Source: Nitrospinota bacterium (GTDB lineage: Bacteria > Nitrospinota_A > UBA7883). Taken from it: a stretch of 64,000 bases of DNA. Of the stretch, positions 28,202 through 37,802 are shown piece by piece (positions within the stretch are counted from its first letter, which is position 1; every line of letters begins with the position of its first letter). The translations under genes and the position numbers were made by a program. Where the stretch lies: NCBI GenBank assembly GCA_965223725.1, contig CBDCXE010000003.1:156689-220688 (forward strand). Reading direction: 5' to 3'. The notes beneath the pieces are model-generated. The model was not told the DNA's origin, searched no databases, and saw only the letters and a program-made list of their open reading frames with translations.

Positions 28202-28765
28202 ATGGGGAAGGGTATAAAACCAAGGATCAGCAGATCGACGGAAGCAGATATAACCGAGGCGCTGAATGTCGAAGTGGAAGCGTTCGGCGCCGATGAAGGC
28301 CCGGTCATCGCCGACCTTGTCACCCGGTTGTTGAATGACCCCACAGCGATGCCGCTGCTATCGCTGCTAGCCAGATACAATGATCAAGCCGTCGGGCACA
28401 TCCTGTTTACAAAAGTACATATCAACTCCACCGACGATTCAACATCGGCTGCCATCCTTGCGCCCCTCGCGGTTCTCCCCTCCGCACAATCGCAAGGCAT
28501 CGGTCGTGCGCTTATTGAAGAGGGGCTGCGGCGATTGTCCAACTCCGGGGTTGACCTGGTCTTTGTGCTGGGGTATCCGGATTATTATTCCCGCCATGGG
28601 TTCCGTCCGGCGGGCGCGCTGGGGTTCCAGGCCCCCTATTCAATAGCGGAAAAAAACGCTGACGCCTGGATGGTCCAGGAGCTTCGTCCTGGTGTGATTG
28701 GGCGTGCAAGTGGAACAGTCATATGCGCCGATGCGTTGGATCGACCTGAATATTGGCGTGAATAG
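28202..28765 (+). CDS. GNAT family N-acetyltransferase
   Basis: Acetyl-CoA-binding motif QSQGIGRALIEEGLRRL. Confidence 0.7.
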   Translation: MGKGIKPRISRSTEADITEALNVEVEAFGADEGPVIADLVTRLLNDPTAMPLLSLLARYNDQAVGHILFTKVHINSTDDSTSAAILAPLAVLPSAQSQGIGRALIEEGLRRLSNSGVDLVFVLGYPDYYSRHGFRPAGALGFQAPYSIAEKNADAWMVQELRPGVIGRASGTVICADALDRPEYWRE

Positions 28766-28869
28766 AAACCGGTAGATCAAAGATAAAATATGTGAATGGA
28801 GTGCAAATTGTAGTATCCTGAATACGAAACAATAATCGTCCCCAAAATACTCGAAAGGGTTATAGAAAC

Positions 28870-30516
28870 ATGAGCGATTACGACTATTCAGACCTGCCCA
28901 GCAAGCTGGATTATCCTGAAACTCCAATAACTTCACTGCTTTACGACGCTGTATCAAAATATCCTGACAATATTGCCATAGATTTTTTCGGCCACACCTT
29001 GACGTATCGTGAGTTTGACCGGCAGGTCCAAATATTCATGAGTGTATTAAAAGGACTGAATATAGCCCAGGGTGACGTGGTGGCGATCATGGCGCCCAAC
29101 TGCCCCCAAGGGATGATAGCATATCAGGCGATCCTGCGGCTGGGCGGGATCGTGGTGCAGACCAATCCGCTGTATGTGGAGCGGGAGATCGAGCATCAGT
29201 TCAACGACGCCGGTGTCAAGGTCGCGGTTGTCCTGGACCTGATGGCGCCCAAGGTGGATGAAGCGCTGGATAAAACATCGGTGGAGAAGGTGGTCGTTTT
29301 CAAACTGCAGGATTATATGCCGTGGCCCATATCGTGGCTGTTTCCGATCAAGCTTATGGTCCAAAGGCAAAGCCCGAAAAAAGTCAGCGGGCCGAAATAT
29401 TTCAGGTGGACCGACCTGATGGCAGGCGCAAAAGAGGGCGCGGAGACTGTGGATGTGTCGGTGGATGATATTGCGCTGTACCAGTACACCGGCGGCACCA
29501 CCGGCGTGGCCAAAGGTGTGGAGCTGACCCACCGGAACCTGATAGCCAACGCCATGCAGGCGAAAACATGGTTTGTGGGCGCGGAGGAGGCGAAGGAAGT
29601 GTTTTTGCTGACATTGCCGACTTTCCACGCGTTCGGCATGACCGTGGGGATGAACCTGGGTATATCACTGGCGGCGAAAATTGTTGTTGTACCAAAGTTC
29701 GATCCGTCAATGATCCTCAAGCTGATAGAGAAGCATCGGGTCACAATGTTCCCGGGCGTGCCTGCGATGTATACCGCCATCAACAACAACCCGAAAGCGG
29801 CCACCACTGATATCTCGTCGATCAAATACTGCATATCCGGCGCGGCGCCCTTGCCGGGGGAGACCCGCGACAAATTCGAAGAGATCACCGGCGGGACATT
29901 GGTGGAAGGTTACGGCCTGACCGAGGCCAGCCCGGTCACCCATTGCAACCCATTAACCGGGGGCGCCAAGCTGGGGTCCATCGGCCACAACCTGCCCGGT
30001 ACAGAGCATAAAATTGTGGGCGAAGAGTCTGGCGAGGAGTTGCCGAAAGGTGAGGTGGGCGAGCTGCTGATCAAAGGGCCGCAGGTGATGAAAGGCTATC
30101 GCAACAACCCGGAGGAGACCGCCAATGTGCTCAAGGATGGCTGGTTGCTGACCGGCGACATGGGTTATGAAGATGAGGACGGGTTCATATTCCTCATGGA
30201 CCGGAAGAAGGAGATGGTGATATCTGGCGGCTATAACGTATACCCAAAAGAAGTGGAAGAGATCCTGTACAAAATCGATGGTGTAAAAGAAGCGGCGGTC
30301 ATTGGCGAGCCGGACGAACGGTTTGGTGAAATGGTTGTGGCGGCTTTGGTGAAACAGGAAGGGGCGGAGATCACCGAGGAGAGCATTATAGAAGAATGTA
30401 AAGAGGAGCTGGCCAGCTATAAAGTCCCCAAAAAGGTTGTGTTCCTCGATAGTTTGCCAAGGACTATCATAGGCAAGGTTTTAAAACGGGAGCTGAAGAA
30501 ACAGCTTCAAGGCTGA
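28870..30516 (+). CDS. fadD: long-chain-fatty-acid--CoA ligase (AMP-binding enzyme)
   Basis: AMP-binding motif YTGGTTGVAKGV, GYGLTE, and C-terminal lysine region. Confidence 0.85.
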   Translation: MSDYDYSDLPSKLDYPETPITSLLYDAVSKYPDNIAIDFFGHTLTYREFDRQVQIFMSVLKGLNIAQGDVVAIMAPNCPQGMIAYQAILRLGGIVVQTNPLYVEREIEHQFNDAGVKVAVVLDLMAPKVDEALDKTSVEKVVVFKLQDYMPWPISWLFPIKLMVQRQSPKKVSGPKYFRWTDLMAGAKEGAETVDVSVDDIALYQYTGGTTGVAKGVELTHRNLIANAMQAKTWFVGAEEAKEVFLLTLPTFHAFGMTVGMNLGISLAAKIVVVPKFDPSMILKLIEKHRVTMFPGVPAMYTAINNNPKAATTDISSIKYCISGAAPLPGETRDKFEEITGGTLVEGYGLTEASPVTHCNPLTGGAKLGSIGHNLPGTEHKIVGEESGEELPKGEVGELLIKGPQVMKGYRNNPEETANVLKDGWLLTGDMGYEDEDGFIFLMDRKKEMVISGGYNVYPKEVEEILYKIDGVKEAAVIGEPDERFGEMVVAALVKQEGAEITEESIIEECKEELASYKVPKKVVFLDSLPRTIIGKVLKRELKKQLQG

Positions 30517-30680
30517 CTGGCCCGCGTACGAGATATGGACCCTGGGGCCTGCATATAAGCCGACTGTAAAACGGGGAATAAAAACAACCTGTTGTAAAAT
30601 TAGTGCTAAACAGATAAAATATCACAGGTAGCTGAATTGCTTCAGTTTAACTTAATTGAAAAAGAGATTGGAATAGTGGT

Positions 30681-30965
30681 ATGACAAAAATAGACATTAT
30701 TAATCGTGTAGCCGATCAGACTGGACTTCCAAAACAGGACGCAGACCTGTCCATCGAAACCATCATAGCTTTGATTAAGGAATCACTTTCGCACGATGAA
30801 CCGGTCATACTACGCAGGTTCGGCTCGTTCCAGACCCGCGAAAAAAGTCCCCGCATCGGCAGAAACCCGAAAACGGGTGAAGAAGCAAATATTTCGGCGC
30901 GCAAGGTTGTTCGCTTCAAGGCGGGCAAACATTTCAAGCAGGCAGTAAACAACGAAATCGACTGA
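30681..30965 (+). CDS. HU/IHF family DNA-binding protein
   Basis: [38 protein letters not shown], the HU/IHF arm signature. Confidence 0.85.
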   Translation: MTKIDIINRVADQTGLPKQDADLSIETIIALIKESLSHDEPVILRRFGSFQTREKSPRIGRNPKTGEEANISARKVVRFKAGKHFKQAVNNEID

Positions 30966-31030
30966 TCCGGCCAACCTGGTCAAGCAGTTGTAATAAATCC
31001 ACACCATATAGAAAATCAGAGGTCCCACCC

Positions 31031-31570
31031 ATGGAAGAATCTGTAAGATCAATATTGACATCAATTGGCGAGGACCCGGACCGTGAAGGTTTGCTGGATA
31101 CCCCCGCCAGAGTGAATAAATCCTTAAGGTTCCTGACCAGCGGATACAAGATGAACGCCGCTGATGTCATAAAAAACGCGCTGTATACTGAAAAATGCGA
31201 CGATATGGTCATTGTCAAGGATATCGACCTGTTCTCGCTGTGCGAGCATCATATGCTCCCGTTTTACGGCAAGGTCCATGTGGCCTACCTGCCCCGCGGC
31301 AAGGTTGTGGGGCTATCGAAGATCCCCCGGGTTGTCGATGTGTTCGCCAAGCGGCTCCAGGTACAGGAGAGGCTCACGAACCAGATTGCCAACGCCCTGG
31401 AAGAAAATCTGAAACCGGGAGGCGTGGCCGTGGTGATAGAAGCGTTGCATCTGTGTATGGCCATGCGCGGCGTAGAGAAGCAAAACTCCACCACCATCAC
31501 ATCAGCCATGCTGGGCGGCTTCAAAGAGGACCCCAGGACCAGACAGGAATTCTTATCGTTGATAAGATGA
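31031..31570 (+). CDS. folE: GTP cyclohydrolase I
   Basis: [18 protein letters not shown] signature. Confidence 0.9.
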   Translation: MEESVRSILTSIGEDPDREGLLDTPARVNKSLRFLTSGYKMNAADVIKNALYTEKCDDMVIVKDIDLFSLCEHHMLPFYGKVHVAYLPRGKVVGLSKIPRVVDVFAKRLQVQERLTNQIANALEENLKPGGVAVVIEALHLCMAMRGVEKQNSTTITSAMLGGFKEDPRTRQEFLSLIR

Positions 31571-31586
31571 CGGCTGTGTCGCCTTG

Positions 31587-32777
31587 TCAGGCGCGTTTGT
31601 CAACGGTCAGCCATTTATTGCCGGCAACTGATATCCCGATGGCGCCCAGCGGCGCGGTCAGTATGATCGATAACACTGCCACCGCTAGGATAATTTCGCC
31701 GCCTTGTATTCCCATCTCCAGCGGTATCGCGCCGATGGCGGCCTGAACAGTGGCTTTTGGAATGTATGAGATCACGCAGAACATTTTTTCGTTCCTGTTG
31801 AAATCGGTTCCATACAACGAAAGATAGGTTCCCACACTCCTCGCTATCAGACCAATCGCTATCAATAATGTACCGATCAAACCGGCGCCGAGCGCAACTT
31901 CAATATTCACCTGCGCGCCTACCAGCACAAACAGCAGTATCTCGGCAAATATCCAGACCTTGGAAAGTTTGTGCGATATTTTGTGGGCCCTGTTCTCCGC
32001 CTTTTCCAGCAGAACAAACCCGATCGTCATAGCACCCAACAGCGCCGACATGCTCAGCTTTGTTTTCAGCTCTTCCTCAAGCCATGTCAGGATCACCGCC
32101 ACTGATATAAGAACTATGGTCATTTTCGTCGCCCGCGGGTGGTATCGCTCGAACAGATGAAGGAGAACATAGCCGGCCAATGCGCCAACAGCGATGCCCA
32201 GTATGATCGCCTCCGGCACTTCCAACAGTTTCCAATATAGCCCTTCGACATTACCGCCATACATCCCCAGCAAAATAGTGAAGATCACAATGACGAAAAC
32301 ATCATCCACCGATGACGCGCCCAACAGCAAGGTTGGGATCCCTTTCTTAACGCCTCTTCGTTTGTCTATAAACCCGATCATAAGCGGGACAACCACAGCA
32401 GGCGAGACAGCAGCCAGAATCGAACCGAGGATCGCGGCCTCCAGATAGCTGATCCCCAACAGCGGGGGCGCGGCCAGGGTGACGATCGCCCCTTCTAATA
32501 TGGCCGGCGCCGTGGCCATGACCAACGCGGTTTTGCCGACACGGTTCAATGTGTCCTTCCGAAGCTCCAGCCCGGCCCGCAACAGGATGACGATCAGCGC
32601 GACCATACGAAGATCAGCGGAGACCACCAGCAACTCCGGCTGGATAATGTTGAACACATGCGGTCCGCAAAGCACGCCAAAGAGCAGCATCCCAACAAGC
32701 CCTGGCAGGTTGAGTTTACTGAAAAGGTATTCCGACAGCAGCCCAAGCAGGATGATCAATGCAATGCTTATGGCCAC
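31587..32777 (-). CDS. cation:proton antiporter (CPA1/NhaP-type Na+/H+ exchanger)
   Basis: About 12 TM helices; Na+/H+ exchanger family N-terminal pattern. Confidence 0.75.
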   Translation of the reverse strand: MAISIALIILLGLLSEYLFSKLNLPGLVGMLLFGVLCGPHVFNIIQPELLVVSADLRMVALIVILLRAGLELRKDTLNRVGKTALVMATAPAILEGAIVTLAAPPLLGISYLEAAILGSILAAVSPAVVVPLMIGFIDKRRGVKKGIPTLLLGASSVDDVFVIVIFTILLGMYGGNVEGLYWKLLEVPEAIILGIAVGALAGYVLLHLFERYHPRATKMTIVLISVAVILTWLEEELKTKLSMSALLGAMTIGFVLLEKAENRAHKISHKLSKVWIFAEILLFVLVGAQVNIEVALGAGLIGTLLIAIGLIARSVGTYLSLYGTDFNRNEKMFCVISYIPKATVQAAIGAIPLEMGIQGGEIILAVAVLSIILTAPLGAIGISVAGNKWLTVDKRA

Positions 32778-32802
32778 AACAGGTTATTGCCGATAAGGTT
32801 AA

Positions 32803-33675
32803 TCAGCCATCGCCCAGCAGTGGGTAGCCCATCTGTTCCCGAAGCGCCATATATCCCTCCGACACCCGTTTCGCGATGGCCCGGACCCGACCGATATAGC
32901 CGGTGCGGGCGGTGACCGATATGGCGTTGCGCGCGTCGAGCATGTTGAAGGTGTGACTGCATTTCAGGCAATAATCATACGCTGGCAATACCAGGCCTTC
33001 ATCCAGCAGTCGATGGCTCTCTTTCTCATACTCGTCGAACCATTTCAAATGCAGCTCGATATCCGCCTGATTGAAGTTGTAGTCAGAGAACTCAACCTCC
33101 GTCCGATGATGAACATCGCCGTATGTGATGTCATCGTTCCATTTCAGGTCGTATATATTGTCGCAATTCTGCAGGTACATGGCGATCCGCTCCAGCCCGT
33201 AGGTCAGCTCCGCGGTGACCGGCTTCAGGTCGATGCCGCCGCACTGCTGAAAATAAGTGAACTGGGTGATCTCCATCCCGTCGAGCCACACCTCCCAACC
33301 AAGGCCCCAGGCGCCGAGGGTGGGCGACTCCCAATCGTCTTCCACGAACCGGATATCATGCTGTTCCGGCCGGATACCAAGGTCCATCATCGATTCGAGA
33401 TACAGATCCTGAGTGTTCTCCGGGTTCGGCTTGATGACCACCTGATACTGATAATAATGTTGCAGGCGGTTCGGGTTCTCGCCATACCGGCCGTCGGTGG
33501 GGCGGCGGGAAGGCTCCACATAGGCCGCCTTCCACGGCTCCGGACCGAGAGCTCGCAGAAAAGTATGCGGGCTGAAGGTCCCGGCGCCGACTTCGATATC
33601 ATACGGCTGGACGATCAGAAAACCTCTGCTCGACCAGAATTGCTCCAACCTTAAAATAACATCCTGAAAATTCAA
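32803..33675 (-). CDS. glyQ: glycine--tRNA ligase alpha subunit
   Basis: Near-collinear with E. coli GlyQ ([32 protein letters not shown]); probable TTG start near 33675; the ORF-track start at 33834 is a non-homologous N-terminal extension. Confidence 0.85.
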   Translation of the reverse strand: MNFQDVILRLEQFWSSRGFLIVQPYDIEVGAGTFSPHTFLRALGPEPWKAAYVEPSRRPTDGRYGENPNRLQHYYQYQVVIKPNPENTQDLYLESMMDLGIRPEQHDIRFVEDDWESPTLGAWGLGWEVWLDGMEITQFTYFQQCGGIDLKPVTAELTYGLERIAMYLQNCDNIYDLKWNDDITYGDVHHRTEVEFSDYNFNQADIELHLKWFDEYEKESHRLLDEGLVLPAYDYCLKCSHTFNMLDARNAISVTARTGYIGRVRAIAKRVSEGYMALREQMGYPLLGDG

Positions 33676-34088
33676 ATTTACTCCGAAAGATAAGTGTAAA
33701 GATAAATTGGAAGGATACCCCGCCCGCGCTCCATTTGCAAGGGGCGAAGGGCGAAGAGGGCTGAACAGTCCAGGCGCGCCAGACGAGTCGAAAGTCCGCC
33801 GGGCCGGATGGCCGCAGGCTCGATCAATCAACAATGTAAAACCAAATTCATATCCACGTCATAACAGACACTCCACAGTAAACAGTTACCACGCACACAT
33901 TAATATAATAATAAATTTATGAATAAAGTCAAGAAGGAAATGAAAAGTTGGTAGGGTGGGTGATTGGTAGGGGAAGGTAAAAATAAAAATCTGTAAAAAG
34001 CGACTAGACCGGTGGAGTGAAAAGTTGAATTAGTGAAATAAATTGTGCTACCCTTTATTTATAAACAAACAAGGGTTCAATTATTACA

Positions 34089-34529
34089 ATGCTTAATTCA
34101 TCAATTACAACATTACCTAATACAGATGTGCTTCAGGATATTTCGGACACTATTAAGTTTCTAAAAAAAGAAGCACATAAAAAGTTTTCATTTTTGAAAG
34201 TTATATGGAAAGTATTTAAAATACAGGCGAAATTTAGAATTTTATTGAATAATATCGAACTAATTGAAAAAAAATCATTTGGAATAGCAAAGCCAGACCA
34301 TCAAATTTGGCAAGAAATAAAAGATCAACTTTCGGTAGCTTGTTCTGATAGTAATGAATTTATTGCCATACTGAAAGATTACAACTATTTAAAGCTTTTT
34401 ATTAAATCTCAAGAAGAAATTTCAGATAGATTTGAAGAAAAACTCGAAGCCTATCAATTTGTAGGGGATAGCGAAGCCAATGACTTAATGAATGAAATAG
34501 CTGAACTGGCAACGCGTGACAGTGGATGA
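34089..34529 (+). CDS. hypothetical alpha-helical protein (first gene of AT-rich cassette)
   Basis: 146 aa ORF in the AT-rich island; 14-nt overlap with the downstream RelE/HigB-like ORF; no recognised family. Confidence 0.4.
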   Translation: MLNSSITTLPNTDVLQDISDTIKFLKKEAHKKFSFLKVIWKVFKIQAKFRILLNNIELIEKKSFGIAKPDHQIWQEIKDQLSVACSDSNEFIAILKDYNYLKLFIKSQEEISDRFEEKLEAYQFVGDSEANDLMNEIAELATRDSG

Positions 34530-34866
34530 TTTACTACCCTTCTTTGCTCGACAGATAGACAAGATATTAAAAAGCTATCCTAACTCAAATAGCTCCCTCA
34601 ATAACCTACTTTTAAAGATATCAGATAATCCATTATCATTCGGCAATCGAATGCCAGGTTTCGATCAACATATTAGGAAAATAAGAGCAGGTTTTCCAGA
34701 GTATAAGATTTCTAAAAGAGATGGAGCGCGTATTATTATATTGGTTACAGAGCAGCAAAAACCAATATTTATATCTATTTATTTAAAATCTAAGTCCAAA
34801 GGCGAGCAGGCTGAAATAAAATACATAAAAGATAAACTTAAGGAAATAAAATCTGAGTTGGAATAG
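34516..34866 (+). CDS. RelE/ParE/HigB(Gp49)-superfamily toxin-like protein
   Basis: C-terminal core IRKIRAGFPEYKISKRDGARIIILVTEQQKPIFISIYLKSK fits the RelE/HigB pattern (G..R.iy...g..i.i..i..K). Confidence 0.45.
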   Translation: MTVDDLLPFFARQIDKILKSYPNSNSSLNNLLLKISDNPLSFGNRMPGFDQHIRKIRAGFPEYKISKRDGARIIILVTEQQKPIFISIYLKSKSKGEQAEIKYIKDKLKEIKSELE

Positions 34867-34955
34867 TGGGGTCAGGTCTTTGATTTTGATATTCCATGAA
34901 ACGATTTCTGCGGCGCAGTAGCTGAGCGTTCCAATTCATAACAGCAATCCGTGTG

Positions 34956-35273
34956 CTATTGCGCAGTAAGCACTTCCAGTTGAACACCTTCTTTCTTTTG
35001 CAGATAATTAATCATTTCAAAAAGATTTTGCGCCTGGGGGTTGCCGCGGGCGCCGAGCATGCGCATCAGGCTTTTGGGTGATTTGTTCATGGCGCGGGCC
35101 AGCTCCTCGAAACCTATGGTGGCGTTAATATAATCGCGAAGCGCCGCCTTGCCGGTCTCCATATCGTTGGCAAGCATGAGCTGGACAGCTTCCGTCAGTA
35201 ACGCGTTGCGGAACCCTTTATCATGCAGCGCGCGCTCCTGAATTGTCTCTTTAAAATCCCGTGTCAATACCAT
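34956..35273 (-). CDS. higA: HigA-family addiction-module antidote protein
   Basis: Antidote-protein pattern (TIQERALHDKGFRNALLTEAVQLMLAND ... MNKSPKSLMRMLGARGNP); overlaps the upstream toxin gene. Confidence 0.75.
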   Translation of the reverse strand: MVLTRDFKETIQERALHDKGFRNALLTEAVQLMLANDMETGKAALRDYINATIGFEELARAMNKSPKSLMRMLGARGNPQAQNLFEMINYLQKKEGVQLEVLTAQ

Positions 35274-35619
35274 CCTGTTTTTCCTCTCTTTTCCTCTTCT
35301 TATAATCCAGCCATAAAAGTTTGGCGCTCTCTATATCCTTCTGTTGCCGTTTTTTCGTGCCGCCGCCCAGCAAAATAATTAGCCGGTCTCCATCTTTACC
35401 AAAGTAAATTCGGTAGCCGGGACCAAAATCGAGCCGCAATTCCCAGACACCGGCTCCAACGCTTTTATGGTCGGACAAGTTGCCCAGTTCGACCCGTGTC
35501 AGAGCTATGGTTACCCGCACGGCGGTAGTTGCATTCAGACGATTGAACCATTTTGCGAATGGACTTTTGCCATGTGTGTCCAAATACTCTCTGACTTCAA
35601 CCATGTTAAATGGTAACAT
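35251..35619 (-). CDS. higB: addiction-module killer protein (HigB/RelE-like toxin)
   Basis: VGAGVWELRLDFGPGYRIYFGKDGDRLIILLGGGTKKRQQKDIESAK matches the killer-protein family; likely start at internal Met (AAGGT 6 nt upstream); the ORF-track start at 35706 is an extension. Confidence 0.7.
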   Translation of the reverse strand: MLPFNMVEVREYLDTHGKSPFAKWFNRLNATTAVRVTIALTRVELGNLSDHKSVGAGVWELRLDFGPGYRIYFGKDGDRLIILLGGGTKKRQQKDIESAKLLWLDYKKRKREEKQDGIDTGF

Positions 35620-35731
35620 ATACGTTACCTTTGTTAACCATAAACCTGATTGCGCCCCGGCCCCCGCGATAGTAGACTTCTTGTACGGCTTGATGCGTGG
35701 GTTCAACTGGTTACAGGAGTGATGCTGTCGA

Positions 35732-36424
35732 ATGAAAAATTTTCTCTATCTGCTTTTCAAATCGTTTGTGGATGTGGTCCCTCTGATCGTGGTGATCTTC
35801 TTCTTCCAGGTGATCGTCATGGGCAAAACTTTTGAGAACCCGATCCAGATCGGCGGCGGGCTGGTCCTGGTGATCTTCGGGCTGTTCCTGTTCATGCGCG
35901 GGCTGGAGGTCGGCCTCTTCCCGCTGGGCGAGAGCATGGCATACTCCTTCGCCGAACGGGGCAACATATGGCTGCTGCTATCGTTCGCCGCCGCCATCGG
36001 CTATACAACCACCATCGCCGAACCTGCGCTAATCGCCATCGCCGACAAAGCGGAGATCATCACCGACGGCAAGCTGACCGCCTTCTCATTGCGTAACGCT
36101 GTGGCCATCGGTGTGGCGGCCGGCATCGCCATCGGCACGTTGCGGATCATCCTGGGCCACCCGATCCACTACTACATAATCACCGGCTACATGATCGTGA
36201 TGGTGGTCACCATTTTTGCGCCGCAGGAGATCATCGGCCTGGCCTACGACAGCGGCGGCGTCACCACATCCACCGTCACCGTCCCGCTGGTGACTGCGCT
36301 GGGGGTAGGGTTAGCGAACTCCATCGCCGGGCGCAACCCGATGATCGACGGGTTCGGGTTAATCGCCTTCGCGTCGCTGACACCGATGATCACCGTCATG
36401 GGATACGGGTTGATCATGCTATGA
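35732..36424 (+). CDS. DUF1538 family membrane protein
   Basis: Polytopic; internal duplication typical of DUF1538; paralogous to the next gene. Confidence 0.7.
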   Translation: MKNFLYLLFKSFVDVVPLIVVIFFFQVIVMGKTFENPIQIGGGLVLVIFGLFLFMRGLEVGLFPLGESMAYSFAERGNIWLLLSFAAAIGYTTTIAEPALIAIADKAEIITDGKLTAFSLRNAVAIGVAAGIAIGTLRIILGHPIHYYIITGYMIVMVVTIFAPQEIIGLAYDSGGVTTSTVTVPLVTALGVGLANSIAGRNPMIDGFGLIAFASLTPMITVMGYGLIML

Positions 36425-37143
36425 GAGCCGCACTCGAAACCATAGCGTTCGACTTCCTGTCGGTCATCCGCGATGTAGGGCCGATGCTGGCGGTGATCCT
36501 GTTTTACCAGCTTGCCATCCTGCGGAAAAAACTGCCGAACGTGAAGATGATCATCCTCGGCTTCCTTGCGGTGATGGGCGGGTTGTACCTGTTTTTGATC
36601 GGTCTGGACATCAGCATCTTCCCCATCGGCGAGGCATTGGCAGAGCAGTTCGCCGTGGGCGAAAACCGGTGGTGGCTTTACGCCTTCGCGTTCGCCATGG
36701 GCTATTCCACCACCATGGCGGAACCGGCGCTGCTGGCCATCGCCATCAAGGCCGAAGAGATATCCGCCGGCGGCCTGCCCAGCCTCTACCTGCGAAACGC
36801 CGTGGCCACCGGTGTGGCGCTCGGTTTGACGCTGGGTGTGTATCGGCTGATCTCGGGCGACCCTTTGTGGATATATATACTGATTGGATATATCGTCACC
36901 ATAGCGCTGACCTACGCCGCGCCGAAGGAGATAGTGCCGCTGGCGTACGACAGCGGCGGTGTGACCACATCTACCATCACGGTGCCGTTGGTGGCGGCGC
37001 TGGGCCTAGGGTTGGCGACACATATCCCGGGCCGCAACCCGCTGATCGACGGGTTCGGGCTGATCGCCTTCGCGTCGGTGTTCCCTATGATTTCGGTATT
37101 GGGCTACGCAACCATAATAAAATTAAAAAATCGAAGTGTATAA
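36421..37143 (+). CDS. DUF1538 family membrane protein (paralogue)
   Basis: Clear paralogy with the upstream gene (…AYDSGGVTTSTxTVPLV…GRNPxIDGFGLIAFAS…); start overlaps the upstream stop. Confidence 0.7.
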   Translation: MRAALETIAFDFLSVIRDVGPMLAVILFYQLAILRKKLPNVKMIILGFLAVMGGLYLFLIGLDISIFPIGEALAEQFAVGENRWWLYAFAFAMGYSTTMAEPALLAIAIKAEEISAGGLPSLYLRNAVATGVALGLTLGVYRLISGDPLWIYILIGYIVTIALTYAAPKEIVPLAYDSGGVTTSTITVPLVAALGLGLATHIPGRNPLIDGFGLIAFASVFPMISVLGYATIIKLKNRSV

Positions 37144-37159
37144 TCAGGAGGTATGAACA

Positions 37160-37507
37160 ATGTTTAACCTTATATTTACAATCTGCCCGGCGGATAACCA
37201 GACAGAGGTCATGGAAGCGGCGAAGGCCACCGGCGCGCGGGGCGCCACCATACTATCCGCCAGGGGCACAGGGCATAAGGAGGCGACCACCTTTTTCGGG
37301 CTGAGCCTCGACCGGCCGCAGGAGGCGATGGTAATGCTGGTGGAGAAGGGCCATAGCGCGGATATCATGCAGGCGATCTACGACGCTGGTAATATGAAAG
37401 AGCCGGGCAATGGCATATGCTTTTCGCTGCCGGTGGACCATGCCATGGGGCTGGAGAGCCAGCTGTGCGTGCTGCCGGATGATGATAACGATGATGATGA
37501 CCAGTGA
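37160..37507 (+). CDS. P-II (GlnB)-like signal-transduction protein with acidic C-terminal tail
   Basis: PII-like fold pattern (TGARGATILSARGTGHKE ... T-loop-like region) and the conserved DUF1538/PII-like genomic association; tail LPDDDNDDDDQ. Confidence 0.55.
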   Translation: MFNLIFTICPADNQTEVMEAAKATGARGATILSARGTGHKEATTFFGLSLDRPQEAMVMLVEKGHSADIMQAIYDAGNMKEPGNGICFSLPVDHAMGLESQLCVLPDDDNDDDDQ

Positions 37508-37551
37508 CGGTCTGTTTGATACAATATAGTATTGGAACAAGGAGAGGTTTG

Positions 37552-37767
37552 ATGACGAAGAAGACGATAAATATTGATGGCATGAGCTGCGGCCATTGCA
37601 TAAACTGGATATCTGAAGCGCTGGAGAAGATCGATGGGGTGGAGACTGCGAAGGTGAGCCTAGAAGCGCAAAACGCCAACGTGGAATACGACGAAAATAT
37701 AGTGACCGAGCAGATGATGCAAGGCGCCATAGAAAAAGCTGGATATACGGTCAAATCATTTACATAA
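37552..37767 (+). CDS. heavy-metal-associated (HMA) domain protein, CopZ-like
   Basis: GMSCGHC metal-binding motif; AAGGAGAGG RBS before the ATG at 37552. Confidence 0.8.
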   Translation: MTKKTINIDGMSCGHCINWISEALEKIDGVETAKVSLEAQNANVEYDENIVTEQMMQGAIEKAGYTVKSFT

Positions 37768-37802
37768 GCCGGCATACCCCATAACTTCCTCGGATATATA
37801 AC

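Larger units (their letters stand above)
33860..34944. mobile_element. putative ~1.1 kb horizontally acquired AT-rich insertion bounded by 9-bp direct repeats TCATAACAG (33860-33868 and 34936-34944)
   Basis: Sharp AT-rich shift relative to ~55% GC flanks; direct repeats with extended imperfect similarity (CCAnnTCATAACAGnnAnnCC) at both edges; right repeat lies just after the higA stop. Confidence 0.35.

Noticed and set aside
33676-33834. N-terminal 53 codons of the glyQ ORF as called in the track
   Set aside because: No similarity to GlyQ proteins (E. coli GlyQ begins at the FQ…IL…LQ…YW block); probable start is the TTG near 33675.
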